A stretch of 63,333 nt of DNA, the filler included, from Choristocarpus tenellus KU-1152 (Eukaryota > Protista > Phaeophyceae): NCBI GenBank assembly GCA_964200185.2. It is 13 parts of 13 records of this genome, joined end to end, with 100 filler letters (N's around TTAATTAATTAA, not from the genome) between each part and the next. Parts side by side here need not be neighbours in the genome. Positions count along the whole stretch, not along the records: positions 60,171 to 63,333 come from CAXNAD020021849.1; 12 more parts are not named here. One strand, given 5' to 3'. Below the pieces are notes generated by a model. The model had not been told where the DNA came from. It did not search any database and was given only the letters and a program-made list of their open reading frames with translations. Position numbers and translations under genes: made by a program. Numbering within the stretch: position 1 is the stretch's first letter; the number at the start of each line of letters is the position of its first letter. Positions 62,272 to 63,333 of the stretch are shown here, piece by piece.

Positions 62272-62464
62272 CAAGGACAAGACTCATACTGCTTTTAGTA
62301 CCATGGCAGATGCGCATGCTATGTTCGCTAGCATGTCACGCCCTTTTCCCGTCTCAGTCGAAAGCCTGATCGTCAGGCAGGAACTGGAAAAAGGGTGTGA
62401 CATGCTAACGAACATTGTATGTGCATCGGCCATGGTACCCAAAGCAGTGTGAGTCTTGTCCTTG
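62272..62464. mobile_element. Fold-back MITE with 78-bp inverted arms and TA flanks (Tc1/mariner type)
   Basis: TA-CAAGGACAAGACTC...GAGTCTTGTCCTTG-TA; the arms differ at 9 of 78 positions. Confidence 0.88.
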
Positions 62465-63333
62465 TACAATGCAGCTTATATAGCATTTCGTTTGGCTGGG
62501 ACAAATTCGTGTTGGTCGCTTTGATTGGATAATTGATAATTCCTCTATGAAATCATCAAAGATCCATTCTCCTTTGATTCCATGGTTTACCATTTAGTTC
62601 CTCAAAGGCTATTCTGCGAAATTGCTAATGGACGAATTTGGCTTCTTAGTTTATTGTGAAATGAAAATGCCATATTCTGGACTCCGATTTGGTCTAGGAC
62701 ATCAGGGAGGAGAGATGGGAGGGGTCGTTCACACAAATCAATGAGTTGATCTTTACCTATGTATCACCCCCGAAAAAAGAGCTTCATACACATGAGACAT
62801 CCGGGAGTCCACGGTATTCGCTCAATAGTGCAAAACTAGGCGATTGGCTGCAGCCTTCCACGACTCTCCTTCCTCTGTCTTCAAATAACTCGTGGCAACC
62901 AACCTTTGCGGCGTTTTTCGATTGGCTATGTGAAAGGGTGCATTCTCTCACCAAAATGTGGACCCACTCGGTTGCTGTTATGTCTTCTTGAGGAACCTGT
63001 AAGAAGTGTCCTGTGATGCTCGGGACATCGATTGTAAACGAGTCACTCAGAAGGATCGCTGTGTGTCCAAAGAGAGTCATACAATAGTTGTTGGAGGAAT
63101 TCAATATGGAAAAGGGTTAAGCTGCCAAAGTATCTTAGAGGGTAGAGCCGCGTCCATTTGGGGGTCAAAATACAATGTTGTGATTTTGATGTAATTTTGG
63201 CTATCGTGTTTGTTAAGAGGTGTCAATATCTATGTTTAGCACCTTTCATAATAACGTATACAACAGGGGATTCTCAAAATTGAGGATGGAGCGGGACTAT
63301 GAGGATGGTTGTTCTGCGAAAACGGTCTTAAAA

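Overview
Eukaryotic, intron-rich and transposon-dense DNA. It is probably a stramenopile, possibly a brown alga; this is an inference from the style of the Copia proteins, the short exons and the TTAGGG-type motifs. The window is not contiguous: 13 contigs are joined by 12 artificial 100-nt spacers (N44-TTAATTAATTAA-N44), so neighbourhood across spacers carries no information. Host genes supported by splice sites and protein motifs are the 3' half of a NOVA/BTR1-like KH RNA-binding protein (5 exons, 22787-26061 +), exon 1 of SEC22 (-) head-to-head with exons 1-2 of EFTUD2/SNU114 (+), and a large exon of an unknown protein. Mobile DNA comprises two Ty1/Copia elements (one with both LTRs and a 5-bp TSD but lacking integrase and RT), a pogo/Tigger-like deletion derivative, LINE remnants (one clearly RTE-type), a hairpin MITE, a ~135-bp satellite and a 21/23-bp minisatellite. 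About 31 copies or fragments of three MITE families share one terminal signature and a subterminal GTCCATTYGG motif, make mixed 3- and 4-bp TSDs and nest inside each other. The best candidates for undescribed biology are this MITE system and a CpG-rich pseudogene, preceded by a splice acceptor, with a ParB/Srx-like NGQHR motif (26940-28248). No CRISPR array, rRNA or intact tRNA was found.
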